Origin: an uncultured Bacilli bacterium
GTDB taxonomy: Bacteria > Bacillota_I > Bacilli_A > RF39 > UBA660
Direction: 5' to 3'
Assembly: GCA_947624085.1 (NCBI GenBank)
Contig: CANQIK010000001.1
Location: forward strand, 1,781-65,780
DNA length: 64,000 nt
The position numbers and the translations under genes were made by a program. The first letter of the stretch is position 1. The number at the start of each line of letters is the position of its first letter. The notes below the pieces were generated by a model. That model was not told where the DNA came from. It worked only from the letters and a program-made list of their open reading frames with translations, and did no database searches. Below are positions 1-11,798 of the stretch, piece by piece.

Positions 1-160
1 TCGTCGAGCAGATGCTTGTGGAACACCATTTTGCTTAACTATTGATGATGATACTTTAAATAACAATACAGTAACTATTAGACATCGTGATAGTATGAAA
101 CAAGAAACACTTAATATTGATGAAGTAAAAAATTATATTGAAGATAGAATTAAATTCTAG
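1..160 (+). CDS. glyQS: Glycine--tRNA ligase (dimeric GlyQS type), C-terminal end; 5' partial at window edge
   Basis: Frame 2 reads RRADACGTPFCLTIDDDTLNNNTVTIRHRDSMKQETLNIDEVKNYIEDRIKF, with stop TAG at 158-160. The GxPFCxTxD..TL..NTVTxRxRDSMxQ pattern is typical of the class IIa GlyRS anticodon-binding C-terminus. It is absent from the ORF track because it is truncated. Confidence 0.6.
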   Translation, partial: RRADACGTPFCLTIDDDTLNNNTVTIRHRDSMKQETLNIDEVKNYIEDRIKF

Positions 161-216
161 TATTTAAAGCCTTTTTGTAATATAATGTTATACGTGCTAT
201 TGCAAGGAGGCTTTTT

Positions 217-618
217 ATGTTTTTAGATAAACTTAGTGAAGAGGAAATAGTAGAATTAGTTAATTTATGTAATATGGAGGAAAATAGAATACTTGGTTTT
301 GACCTTAATGAGGAAATTGATTTTGCATTAGTTTCCAATGAAGAAGGTAGAAGACTTGTAAGCGGGGAAAGGTATTACTTTTTAAGAGGTATAAAACGGG
401 GCGCCATTCCTAAATTTATAGGCGATTATAAAGCTACTGATTTTTGGATGGCATCCTGTTTGCCACTTCATAAAGAAAATGATTATTCGCATATTTTAAG
501 GGAGTTTTTAGCAAGAAAATTTGGTACAGAATACTTAGATGCCTTATATGAACATCATATTGCTGAAGCTCAAGAAGAGCGCAAAGATTTAGAAACTAAA
601 ATTGGCATCACGCGCTAA
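217..618 (+). CDS. Hypothetical cytoplasmic protein (133 aa)
   Basis: Intact ORF preceded by AAGGAGG at about 205-211. I recognise no motif. Confidence 0.5.
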   Translation: MFLDKLSEEEIVELVNLCNMEENRILGFDLNEEIDFALVSNEEGRRLVSGERYYFLRGIKRGAIPKFIGDYKATDFWMASCLPLHKENDYSHILREFLARKFGTEYLDALYEHHIAEAQEERKDLETKIGITR

Positions 619-696
619 TTTTTTGTCAATTATTTTAGTTTTTTGTGTCATGCATATTTCATTTACTAGTTATATAATGATATAATTGAATAGAGC

Positions 697-730
697 CTAT
701 CAGTTCTCATACGCTGATAGTTTTTCTTTT
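697..730 (+). promoter_or_regulatory. Candidate leader hairpin / intrinsic attenuator upstream of pyrG
   Basis: CTATCAG (697-703) pairs with CTGATAG (714-720), followed by TTTTTCTTTT (721-730). It lies between TATAAT-like boxes (673-686) and the pyrG RBS GGAGG. pyrG is attenuator-controlled in Bacillus subtilis. Confidence 0.4.
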
Positions 731-742
731 ATATGGAGGTAG

Positions 743-2871
<2,129 letters not shown>

Positions 2872-2965
2872 TTACCTCATTTAAATTAAATTAATAGTAT
2901 GATTGCTTATTGCATAATAAGCAATTTTTTGTTAGAATTATTAATAGATACTAGGAGGATTTATT

Positions 2966-3379
2966 ATGGGCTTTTTGAAAAAATTTATGGAAGATTCTGA
3001 TGAATCAAATACTGATATTAGTAATAATGAAGATGGGTTTTATACTGTTAGCAAAGAAGAAGCATTAAAAGAAGCTGATAAAACTGGCAATAAAATGATT
3101 TTACTAGAACCAAGAGCTTATTCTGAATCTCAACAAATTGCTGATCACTTAAAAGCTCGTAATAGTGTAGTTGTAAATCTTAAGAGGGTGACATCAGATC
3201 AAGCTAAAAGAATAATTGACTTTTTAAGTGGCTGTATTTATGCCATAGGAGGAAATATTGAAACTTTAGGTGTCGGTATATATCTTTGCACTCCTAAAAA
3301 TGTTAATGTTCAAGGCAAGATAACTGATGATAGTGATAAAAATAAGGATAATAAAGATTCTGATGAAATAGACTGGTAG
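2966..3379 (+). CDS. sepF: Cell division protein SepF
   Basis: LLEPRAYSESQQIADHLKARNSVVVNL..DQAKRIIDFLSGCIYAIGG matches the SepF/DUF552 core. A DivIVA-domain gene lies immediately downstream. Confidence 0.85.
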   Translation: MGFLKKFMEDSDESNTDISNNEDGFYTVSKEEALKEADKTGNKMILLEPRAYSESQQIADHLKARNSVVVNLKRVTSDQAKRIIDFLSGCIYAIGGNIETLGVGIYLCTPKNVNVQGKITDDSDKNKDNKDSDEIDW

Positions 3380-3391
3380 GGAGGTTATACC

Positions 3392-3817
3392 ATGAAGAAG
3401 TTTAGAACAAGTTTTTCAGGGTATAATAAAACCGATGTAAATGCTTTCGTATCAGAGGTTATCGATGAGTACGAAAATATTTTACGCAAACTGCGGGAAA
3501 GTACCAAAGAAATCGAACATTTAAGAAAAGAGCTGGAGCATTACAAATCAATTGAAAAGTCTTTGCATGATACTCTACTTGTTGCTCAAGAAGCCTCTGC
3601 AAATGCACAAAAGGCCGCTATTAATGAGGGCAAAGTTATTATTGAAGAAGCTAAAACTAATGCCTCTAAAATTGTTAATAATTCCTTAATAAAGGCTCAA
3701 AACATTGAAAGAGAAGCTGAAGAACTAAAAAGAAAGGTTGTTTCATATAAACGGCGATTTATGTCTTTGGTTGAATCACATATGGATGATATCGATAAAT
3801 TTGATGAAAGAATGTAG
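3392..3817 (+). CDS. divIVA: DivIVA-domain cell division/polarity protein
   Basis: The N-terminus FRTSFSGYNKTDVNAFVSEVIDEYE is the DivIVA lipid-binding motif region, followed by coiled coil. It sits downstream of sepF, as in the Bacillus ylm cluster. Confidence 0.75.
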   Translation: MKKFRTSFSGYNKTDVNAFVSEVIDEYENILRKLRESTKEIEHLRKELEHYKSIEKSLHDTLLVAQEASANAQKAAINEGKVIIEEAKTNASKIVNNSLIKAQNIEREAEELKRKVVSYKRRFMSLVESHMDDIDKFDERM

Positions 3818-3828
3818 AGGTAGTATAT

Positions 3829-4638
3829 ATGAAGACAAGAATAATCAGTGCTATAGTTTTAATTTTAATTGTAGCTCTTCCCGTTTACTTTGGGAATCAA
3901 ATTTATGCTCTTTTAATAGGTATTACAGCTTTATTAGGCTTTAAAGAGTTACTTGATTTAAAGAAAACTCATCGTAAGATACCTTTTGGAATGTGTTTAT
4001 TGGCTGTGTTAGCCTTAATGTTAATTATATTCTCTAATTTTAATGGGCGCTCGTTGAACCAAGGCATAACTTATAAAGCATTAATATTTACGGTATTTGG
4101 CTTAATCTTACCAATTATTTTATATAAAAATAATAAGTATACAGCTGAAGATGCTTTCTTTCTAATTGGATCGGTTCTCTTTCTGGGCTTAGGCTTTAGT
4201 TCGTTTATTTTAGTTAGAGCAAGATCAGGAGGAATAGGTCACTTAGGTTTATTCATATACTTAATATTGATACCAATTATTACCGATACTTTTGCTTATA
4301 TAATGGGAACTTTAATAGGAAGACATAAAATGGCTCCTGCTATAAGTCCTAATAAAACTTGGGAAGGTTTTGGTTTTGGCTTAGTAGCAGGTACTATTAT
4401 TCCTACAATTTATTATTTAATTGTTTTAGACAATTTTACTTGGAAAATTATTATATTAACTGCTATACTATCTTGTGCAGGTCAAATTGGTGATTTAATA
4501 TTTAGTAAAATAAAAAGAGAAAATTCTATCAAAGATTATTCTAAATTAATCCCAGGCCATGGTGGTGTCCTTGATCGTTTTGATAGTATGATTATTATTT
4601 TTATGACATTTATTTTCTTATCATCAATATTATATTAA
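3829..4638 (+). CDS. cdsA: Phosphatidate cytidylyltransferase
   Basis: Signature FSKIKRENSIKDYSKLIPGHGGVLDRFDS in a polytopic membrane protein. Confidence 0.92.
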   Translation: MKTRIISAIVLILIVALPVYFGNQIYALLIGITALLGFKELLDLKKTHRKIPFGMCLLAVLALMLIIFSNFNGRSLNQGITYKALIFTVFGLILPIILYKNNKYTAEDAFFLIGSVLFLGLGFSSFILVRARSGGIGHLGLFIYLILIPIITDTFAYIMGTLIGRHKMAPAISPNKTWEGFGFGLVAGTIIPTIYYLIVLDNFTWKIIILTAILSCAGQIGDLIFSKIKRENSIKDYSKLIPGHGGVLDRFDSMIIIFMTFIFLSSILY

Positions 4639-4654
4639 AAGGAGATTATTTTAA

Positions 4655-5761
4655 ATGACATTTATAACTTCTGCATTACTATTTATTCTTAAATTATTGT
4701 TGTTATTATTTATCTTAGGCTTGATAATTCTGGTTCATGAATTTGGTCATTTTATGTGGGCTAAAAAATTCAAAGTTTATATATATGAATTTTCAATAGG
4801 AATGGGCCCAGTTGCTTTTTCATGGAAAGGCAAGAAAGATAAAATAACTTATAATATCCGTTGGATACCAATAGGGGGCTTTGTATCAATGGCGGGAGAA
4901 GTTTACGATGATGATGACAAAATACCTAAAAAGCAATTATTATGCAATAAGCCATGGTATCAAAGATTAATTATTATGGTTGCCGGGGTAATGAATAATT
5001 TCCTTTTGGCCATATTTGGTTTAATTGTTATAGCGTTCATATGGGGTGGCGATCCAATTAAGCCGGTAATTGAAAAAGTACATAGTAATTCACCTGCTGC
5101 GGAAGTTGGCTTAAAAAGTGGCGATGTTTTGACTGAAATTAACGGCTACAAAGTATATAATTGGGATAAAGCTCGTGTTATTATGCTTTATAAAAATAAA
5201 GATGATTATACAACTTTTACAGTTAAACATGAAAATGGCAAAAGTGAAAAAATAAAAATAACTAAAGCAAATTATGTAGATGGCGAAACCGGTGAAAAAG
5301 TAAATGGTTATGGAATTTCTATGCTTAAAGAAGATACGAAAGGCTTTATTAAACCTATAGTTTATGGTTTTAAAAGATTTGCTACAGTCATTGATTCTTT
5401 TGTATATACAATATGGGGATTAATAACAGGTAAGATTGGATTTAGTAATTTATCTGGCCCTGTTGGTATGTATAGCATGGTTGGTTCAGCCTTTAATTAT
5501 TCTGCTTTATCCGAGGGTATTTGGTATGTAATGTTCTTAATTGCCTATTTATCAATTAATGTTGGTTTTATTAATATTTTGCCATTCCCTGCTTTTGATG
5601 GGGGCCATGTTTTATTCCTTTTAATCGAGGGAATATTCCGTAGGAAAGTGGATGCTAAAATTGAAAATATATGTCATATGATAGGCTTTGTTTTAATATT
5701 TATTTTAATGATAGCCGTTACTTATAATGATATTGCTAGAATAATAAGTAAACTATTTTAG
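4655..5761 (+). CDS. rseP: RIP zinc metalloprotease RseP/RasP (peptidase M50)
   Basis: HEFGH zinc motif, a central PDZ-like segment, and NILPFPAFDGGH. It follows cdsA, as in many Bacillota. Confidence 0.9.
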   Translation: MTFITSALLFILKLLLLLFILGLIILVHEFGHFMWAKKFKVYIYEFSIGMGPVAFSWKGKKDKITYNIRWIPIGGFVSMAGEVYDDDDKIPKKQLLCNKPWYQRLIIMVAGVMNNFLLAIFGLIVIAFIWGGDPIKPVIEKVHSNSPAAEVGLKSGDVLTEINGYKVYNWDKARVIMLYKNKDDYTTFTVKHENGKSEKIKITKANYVDGETGEKVNGYGISMLKEDTKGFIKPIVYGFKRFATVIDSFVYTIWGLITGKIGFSNLSGPVGMYSMVGSAFNYSALSEGIWYVMFLIAYLSINVGFINILPFPAFDGGHVLFLLIEGIFRRKVDAKIENICHMIGFVLIFILMIAVTYNDIARIISKLF

Positions 5762-5774
5762 TTTACTTGGATTT

Positions 5775-5851
5775 GTCCTCGTAGCTCAGTTGGATAGAGT
5801 GAATGCCTCCGACGCATTAGGTCAAGGGTTCGACTCCCTTCGAGGACACCA
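5775..5851 (+). tRNA. tRNA-Arg (anticodon CCG), CCA encoded
   Basis: Manual cloverleaf. Acceptor stem GTCCTCG/CGAGGAC, D arm GCTC..GAGT, anticodon stem AATGC/GCATT with loop CTCCGAC, T arm AAGGG-TTCGACT-CCCTT, then ACCA. Confidence 0.9.
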
Positions 5852-5866
5852 TAGAGGTGTGAAACT

Positions 5867-6385
5867 TTGAAAGAAGTTATATATAATTATGATTATTTAA
5901 CGGAAGAAGATATTACTGAAAACGTTATTAGAATGAAAGCTTTAATTATAAATTCTAATAATATTTATATTGGAAATGAAAAGGGAATTTTTCAATTCCC
6001 TGGAGGACATTTGGAAGTGGGAGAGACTTTCAATGAATGTTTAAAAAGAGAAATTTTAGAAGAAACAGGAATTATATTAGACGATAGAGAAATTGAACGT
6101 CCTTTTATGAAAGTTACATTTCTTAATAAAGATTGGCCTGAAATAGGCAAAAATAGAAAAGCAGAAACATATTATTATGTTATCAAGACAGATAAAAAAC
6201 CCGATTTATCAAGAGTGAAATATACTGAACATGAAAAAGCGGGTAATTTTAAAATTGAAGAAATTCCATTAAAATTTGCTATTGATAAGATAAAAGAAAA
6301 TATTCCCAATAATGAAAAAAATAAAGTGATTTCACCCGATATGATTTCTGCAATAGAAGAATATTTAAAACAGTATGAAGAGTAA
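5867..6385 (+). CDS. NUDIX hydrolase
   Basis: Nudix box [27 protein letters not shown] start 6 nt after GAGGTG. Confidence 0.85.
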   Translation: MKEVIYNYDYLTEEDITENVIRMKALIINSNNIYIGNEKGIFQFPGGHLEVGETFNECLKREILEETGIILDDREIERPFMKVTFLNKDWPEIGKNRKAETYYYVIKTDKKPDLSRVKYTEHEKAGNFKIEEIPLKFAIDKIKENIPNNEKNKVISPDMISAIEEYLKQYEE

Positions 6386-6478
6386 AATATAATTTATAGT
6401 TATATTCTTTCTAACAATTTAGCAGAATATGTTAAAAATCCATAAGAATTATCTACATATTATATTAAATTACGTTTT

Positions 6479-6507
6479 TTGACAACGATATATTTATTTG
6501 ATATAGT
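6479..6507 (+). promoter_or_regulatory. Sigma-A type promoter for the 600-aa membrane protein gene
   Basis: TTGACA (6479-6484), a 17-nt spacer, then TATAGT (6502-6507). Confidence 0.5.
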
Positions 6508-6548
6508 GTATTTCGTAAACAAAAAGGATAGTAAGATAAGAAATATTT

Positions 6549-8351
6549 ATGAAAATGATTAAAAGAATAATAATTAGTTTATTAAGTAGTATAGCTCTTA
6601 CTACTAGTATATATAATATTTATAATGGTGGTCTTGAGCAAATTAATAAAGCTTTGCCTTTATATTTTCTAGTTCCGATTTTTCTTTTAACTTATATGCT
6701 TTTATTCTTTTTTTATAAGCGGAAAAGAGTTGCTAATAATTATATTAAAATTTTAGCAAGTATTTTTACATTATTTTTAATAATTGGTAATGGCTTTGAA
6801 CTTTATGGTTCTTTTTTACAACTTTTTAAGAGCTATCACATCATATTAACAATTATTAATGCTTTAGGCTACTATTTCTTTATTAGTAATGTTATCCCTT
6901 TTATTAAAGATTTTCTAACTAAGTTTAATAAGAAAGATATTAAAGAAAATAAGATTATTAAACTATTTAATAAAAGACCATTTTGGTTTTGTTTTTTAAC
7001 TCTTGCTTTAGCATGGGCTATTTACTATGTTGCTTTTTATCCAATTATTTTATCGCCTGACCCTTCATTTCAAATAAAGCAATTTTTAGGCGAAAGAACT
7101 AAATATATGGACTATTCAATTTTAATTAATAACAATGTGACTATTACTAATCATCATCCTGTTGTCCATACTGTTTTATTGGGCTCATGCTTAAAACTAG
7201 GCAGGTATTTATTAAATGATAATTTTGGCTTATTTATCTATACTTTTATGCAAGGTATATGTTTAGCCTTAACTTTAGTAAGAACGATATTATTTTTAAA
7301 GAAAAGAAAGATTAAAAATAAGTATTTAATATTAATGCTAATATGTTATGCCTTAGTTCCTATATTCCCTTTATATGCTCTTAATGGCAATAAAGATGTT
7401 TATTATACTATTATTTTTATTAATCTAATAATGATTATCTATGAATTTATAGAAAATTATAAAAAAGCTAGTTTACCTTGGTATAAATTATTAGAAATAT
7501 TTGTCTTTTCCCTTTTACTATGCTTATTTAGAAATAATGGGGTATTTATTATTATTCCTCTTTGTATCGCGCTTACATTTTATAGTAAGAAAAATCTTTT
7601 AAAAATGTTAAGTATAAGTATAGCTTCTTTAGGAATATATTTTTCTTTTACTAATGTATTATTACCATATTTGGGTATCACGGGAACAAGTATTAGAGAA
7701 TCTATGAGTATCTTTTTCCAACAAACATCTCGAGAGATTAAATATTACGAGCAAGACATTTCTTCTCAAGATAAAAAAGCCATTAGTAAGGTTATTGATT
7801 ATGATAAAGCGAAGTATATGTATAATCCTACTATTGCTGATCCTGTTAAAAATAGTTTTAATAAATATGCTACTAAAGAAGATCTTAAAAATTATTTTAC
7901 AGCATGGGGAAGAGGCCTTATTAAACATCCATTAGTGTATGTCGATGCTACTTTAAATAATACTTATGGCTATATTGATCCAGAAGATATATCGTGGTAC
8001 ATTTATGCTAACTTTGATAGTCGCATAACGCAAAATAATTTAGTGGATTATCACTACAATTCCTTAAGTGGTTTACGTAATGTCCTTAAAACTTATGGAG
8101 CAGGTTTTGCTTATTTGCCCCTTATAGGTCTTATTTGTAATATTGGCCTTAGCACTTGGCTAGTTATAGCTATGGCTTTCTATTTATGGTCTAAAAAAAA
8201 GAAATACTTAATTTTGCTTATTCCATATTTAATGTCTATTTTGATATGCTTTGCTTCACCGGTTAATACTTACTTTAGATATGCTATGCCTATTATCTTT
8301 AGTGAACTACTTTTAATAGGAATTTGGCAAATTATACATAAAAAGAGTTAG
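6549..8351 (+). CDS. Large polytopic membrane protein (600 aa), possibly a glycosyltransferase-like / DUF6020-like family
   Basis: Many hydrophobic segments with a large loop. I see no catalytic motif with certainty. The family guess rests only on size and topology. Confidence 0.45.
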   Translation: MKMIKRIIISLLSSIALTTSIYNIYNGGLEQINKALPLYFLVPIFLLTYMLLFFFYKRKRVANNYIKILASIFTLFLIIGNGFELYGSFLQLFKSYHIILTIINALGYYFFISNVIPFIKDFLTKFNKKDIKENKIIKLFNKRPFWFCFLTLALAWAIYYVAFYPIILSPDPSFQIKQFLGERTKYMDYSILINNNVTITNHHPVVHTVLLGSCLKLGRYLLNDNFGLFIYTFMQGICLALTLVRTILFLKKRKIKNKYLILMLICYALVPIFPLYALNGNKDVYYTIIFINLIMIIYEFIENYKKASLPWYKLLEIFVFSLLLCLFRNNGVFIIIPLCIALTFYSKKNLLKMLSISIASLGIYFSFTNVLLPYLGITGTSIRESMSIFFQQTSREIKYYEQDISSQDKKAISKVIDYDKAKYMYNPTIADPVKNSFNKYATKEDLKNYFTAWGRGLIKHPLVYVDATLNNTYGYIDPEDISWYIYANFDSRITQNNLVDYHYNSLSGLRNVLKTYGAGFAYLPLIGLICNIGLSTWLVIAMAFYLWSKKKKYLILLIPYLMSILICFASPVNTYFRYAMPIIFSELLLIGIWQIIHKKS

Positions 8352-9445
8352 ATAATTATTGGTTTGTTTTCTAACTCTTTTTCATATGTATTAGTATTTA
8401 AAATTAAATCATATATAAACGAAGCTCTTTTTTCATAATAACGAATTTTAGAATTTTTATTATTAAGAGGTAGTTCTTTTTTAATTTCTTTTAGATATAG
8501 TTGACCTTTTTTATTAAAACCTAAAATATTTAAATAGTCATTAGGTATTTTGGCATCTTCCTTTGTTATCCCAAGAAGAATATGTACTAACATTCGATTT
8601 AGTTTATTAAAAGTATATCTTTTAGTTTTTAAATTATTAAGAAGCATTTCAAGTGATGATGATTTATCTAAAGCTCGCAATAAACGATATTCAATTCCCT
8701 CATCTACATCTAAATATTTATCTAAAGATGTCTCTCTTTTTATAACTAGGCTTAATAACTTAAAAAACATATCTTCATTCATTGCTACAATTACCGCAGG
8801 TACCTTTTCCGGTACATATTTACTTATATCATGCTTTTCTTTAATTTTATTACGAATATTGGAAGCACTTATAACTGAGTCATTACTTTCTAAATCTAAA
8901 TAATTATTAGTCCTTTGAATGGTAATGGGCTCCATATGAGTATTTATTTGATTAATAGCTTTAATATATGATATTGCTAGTAAATCATTAGGATTTAAAG
9001 TAAAACAAATATTTAAGGCTTTAGTTAAAGCTGTAGGGTAGTTGTAACCTTTAGCAAGAAACTCTTTAACTTTTTCATCATTTTCTTTAGTTAAAGAAGT
9101 TTTAGCAATATTTTTAAGCGTTTTGAGATTATTTGTTTCAGACCCAAAGACGATTTTATCTACTTGCAGTTTGTTAAGTGATTCAATAGCTCGGTAAGCA
9201 AAAGTATCCGCACTCTGCGTACCATATAAAACCGGAAGTTCGATAACAATATCAACCCCGTATTCTAAAGACAATCTTACCTTATCTTCTTTAGTCAAAA
9301 TAGAAATTTCGCCTCGTTGTAAAAAATAATTATTTAAAGCAAGAATAATTAAGCTATCAGGATATAGCTCTTTAATTTTCTTTAAATGATAAAGATGTCC
9401 ATTATGAAAAGGATTATATTCACAAATAATACCGACTTTTTCCAT
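8348..9445 (-). CDS. tmcAL: tRNA(Met) cytidine acetate ligase (YlbM/UPF0348 nucleotidyltransferase)
   Basis: The N-terminus GIICEYNPFHNGHLYHLKKIKE is the TmcAL HxGH-type signature. Length is 365 aa. Confidence 0.85.
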   Translation of the reverse strand: MEKVGIICEYNPFHNGHLYHLKKIKELYPDSLIILALNNYFLQRGEISILTKEDKVRLSLEYGVDIVIELPVLYGTQSADTFAYRAIESLNKLQVDKIVFGSETNNLKTLKNIAKTSLTKENDEKVKEFLAKGYNYPTALTKALNICFTLNPNDLLAISYIKAINQINTHMEPITIQRTNNYLDLESNDSVISASNIRNKIKEKHDISKYVPEKVPAVIVAMNEDMFFKLLSLVIKRETSLDKYLDVDEGIEYRLLRALDKSSSLEMLLNNLKTKRYTFNKLNRMLVHILLGITKEDAKIPNDYLNILGFNKKGQLYLKEIKKELPLNNKNSKIRYYEKRASFIYDLILNTNTYEKELENKPIII

Positions 9446-9518
9446 GCCTTTAATATATTAAATATTGTTGTAATTGTCAAATAAAGTAGATTATAATAAA
9501 GATGAAAGGAAAAGAAGT

Positions 9519-10373
9519 ATGATAATATGCCTTGTCGGACCAAGCGGTATTGGTAAAACTAAACTTTCTATTGACTTAGCTAAAAGATATAATGCTGATA
9601 TTATAAATTGTGATGCTACCCAAATATATAGAGAACTTAATATAGGTAGTGCTAAAGTTACTAAAGAAGAAATGGGTAATATTAAACACTATCTTCTTGA
9701 TATCAAAAATCCTGATGAAGAGTATAGTGTTAGTGATTATCAAAAGGATGCTCGAAAAATAATAGATAGCCATCCTGATAAAAATTATATTGTCTGTGGA
9801 GGCACAGGACTTTATGTAAGTGCTTTATTTTATGATTATAATTTCCCTAAGAAAAGTAATAATACCTATACTGATTTAACTAATGAACAGTTATATGCTA
9901 AAGCATTAGAAAAAGAACCTAATCTATTGATTCATCCAAATAACCGAATAAGACTTATTAATTTTTTGAATAATGATAAAGTTACAAATAATAAAGATAA
10001 ATGTTTATATGATAATGTTATTTTTATTGGCCTTACCACTGATCGTAAAGATATCTATGACCGAGTAAATAAGCGAGTTGATATGATGTTTGCCAAAGGA
10101 CTAGTTAATGAAGTAGAAAGCCTTTATCATAAATATCCAGCAAGTAAAATTTTAAAAAGAGCAATTGGTTATAAAGAATTGATAGCTTATTTAAATAAAG
10201 AAATATCTTTAGAAGAAGCGAAAGAATTAATTAAAAAAAATACCAGGCATTATGTTAAAAGACAATATACTTGGTTTAATCATCAATTACCAGTGGTTTG
10301 GTTTGAAATGAATGACTATGCTGTGGCTTTATCCGGAATTATTTCTTTTATTGAATCATTAAATTCTAAATAA
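9519..10373 (+). CDS. miaA: tRNA dimethylallyltransferase
   Basis: P-loop VGPSGIGKT plus GGTGLY. I prefer the ATG at 9519 (after GAAAGGAAAAG) over the TTG at 9474 given in the track. Confidence 0.9.
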   Translation: MIICLVGPSGIGKTKLSIDLAKRYNADIINCDATQIYRELNIGSAKVTKEEMGNIKHYLLDIKNPDEEYSVSDYQKDARKIIDSHPDKNYIVCGGTGLYVSALFYDYNFPKKSNNTYTDLTNEQLYAKALEKEPNLLIHPNNRIRLINFLNNDKVTNNKDKCLYDNVIFIGLTTDRKDIYDRVNKRVDMMFAKGLVNEVESLYHKYPASKILKRAIGYKELIAYLNKEISLEEAKELIKKNTRHYVKRQYTWFNHQLPVVWFEMNDYAVALSGIISFIESLNSK

Positions 10374-11320
10374 ATTTTAGGATCAAAGTTATGTTCTTCA
10401 ATCTTTGTTTCCCCTTCGCTATCTACTTTTTTAATGCCTTCATTATCGACAAGGAAGTATTTATCATAAAGATAATCTTTACCACTTTTGGCTACGGGAT
10501 CATCCCATGTTAAATCAATATGAAGCCATTTAGGACCAGTTCCATCTTTATCAAAAAGAACAGCATTCCATACATGACCAGTGGATTCATAGTTTATTTG
10601 CTCAGGAGTTGTAGCTATTTTATAATTTTTATATCCTAATTTAGTAAGGATAATTGCCATAGTATCTGTGTATCCATTACAAGTAGCATAACCTTCGAAA
10701 AGAAGCCCCCATGCAATATTAGATTTATATTTACTTTCTCCATCTTTAGTAACAGTTTGATCATATTTGGTATTATTAATAATATAATCATGAAGTGCTT
10801 TTAAGTTATCATAAGCGCTTTTATCATCAGAGGTAACATTTTTAATAATTTCATCTATTTTATTATCAATTTGTTCAATTTGTTCGTCACTATATACGTG
10901 CTCAATATGAATAGTTATTTCGCCTGATTTATAGATATCGGTTGCAAGTTTAGTAAAGGTATTATAAGGATGAACATAATTATTGATATGCGTTAATGTT
11001 AAATCATCATCACTTATTTTGCTTATATCATCAATACACGCTTCATACTCATTAGGACAGTAAAATGTAAAGGTTTCCCAGCCATTATCAATCGCACTAT
11101 ATAAAATATTTAATAAATCTTGATAAGAATAGGGAACAAAATCTTCCGTTTTACTAACAAACATAAAGCTATCATTTTTAGCATAAGAATTACTTTCGGG
11201 AACATAAACATACTCATTAGTAATAAATTTATCAGTTAAAAAGTCACTTATTTTATCGGCAAAGACAATTGTTTCGCCAATAAGAACTGCACATAGGATA
11301 ATTATAATAATTTTTTTCAT
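10316..11320 (-). CDS. Secreted transglutaminase-like (Cys-His-Asp) domain protein
   Basis: N-terminal signal MKKIIIIILCAVLIGETIVFA. Core motifs CNGYTDTMAIILTKLGY ... GHVWNAV ... HIDLTWDD. Its 3' end overlaps the miaA 3' end by 58 nt. Confidence 0.75.
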   Translation of the reverse strand: MKKIIIIILCAVLIGETIVFADKISDFLTDKFITNEYVYVPESNSYAKNDSFMFVSKTEDFVPYSYQDLLNILYSAIDNGWETFTFYCPNEYEACIDDISKISDDDLTLTHINNYVHPYNTFTKLATDIYKSGEITIHIEHVYSDEQIEQIDNKIDEIIKNVTSDDKSAYDNLKALHDYIINNTKYDQTVTKDGESKYKSNIAWGLLFEGYATCNGYTDTMAIILTKLGYKNYKIATTPEQINYESTGHVWNAVLFDKDGTGPKWLHIDLTWDDPVAKSGKDYLYDKYFLVDNEGIKKVDSEGETKIEEHNFDPKIYLEFNDSIKEIIPDKATA

Positions 11321-11362
11321 ATTGCTTTAATCTCCTCATTTAATTTTATCATGTTTTAAGGC

Positions 11363-11389
11363 AATAAAAAAGTAGTCTTAAACTACTTC
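11363..11389 (-). terminator. Intrinsic terminator of rpsT
   Basis: On the minus strand, AAGTAGT-TTAAG-ACTACTT is followed by TTTTTATT. The 5' arm includes the rpsT stop codon. Confidence 0.5.
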
Positions 11390-11646
11390 GCATTTTTAAT
11401 TTTTTGAGCTAATCTTGATTTTTCTCTGTCAGCAGTATTCTTTTTAATCAAGCCTTTGCTAACAGCGTTATCGCAAGCCTTTTGAAAATCTTTATATAAA
11501 GTATTTGCTGCTTCAATATTATTTTCACTTAGTTCTTTTTCAATATTTTTAATTAAGTTTTTAACTTTAGCTTTAGGTTCGTGATTATTTAAAGTTTTCT
11601 TAGCAATTACTTTAACTGCTTTCTTGGAACTTTTAATATTAGGCAT
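11383..11646 (-). CDS. rpsT: 30S ribosomal protein S20
   Basis: MPNIKSSKKAVKV... is the canonical S20 N-terminus. The ATG at 11646 follows GGGAGA. The track ORF extends upstream spuriously to 11757. Confidence 0.9.
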   Translation of the reverse strand: MPNIKSSKKAVKVIAKKTLNNHEPKAKVKNLIKNIEKELSENNIEAANTLYKDFQKACDNAVSKGLIKKNTADREKSRLAQKIKNAK

Positions 11647-11798
11647 GTCTAAATCTCCCTTCTTTTTTTGATACGATATCATTTTACCAAAAAGTCCTAA
11701 AATAAGCAAGAAAAACTCAACTTTTGTATTTTTGGCTAACGACTTACATTTTGACATTTTTTTTAAGAACCATTTTATATACTAATATTGGTGATTTT

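Noticed and set aside
150-338. Short ORFs in the track lying antisense to or overlapping well-supported genes: 150-338, 1288-1476, 3738-3944, 7662-7928, 8550-8903, 9576-9773, 28520-28807, 28948-29151, 29456-29707, 29629-29967, 31769-32005, 34363-34593, 38484-38669, 41415-41636, 42946-43209, 46908-47117, 47378-47611, 47645-47854, 49514-49816, 53876-54127.
   Set aside because: Each lies within or opposite a longer ORF that has clear homology or motifs. They lack ribosome-binding sites and have the low-complexity I/L/F/K/N-rich composition expected of shadow frames in AT-rich DNA.
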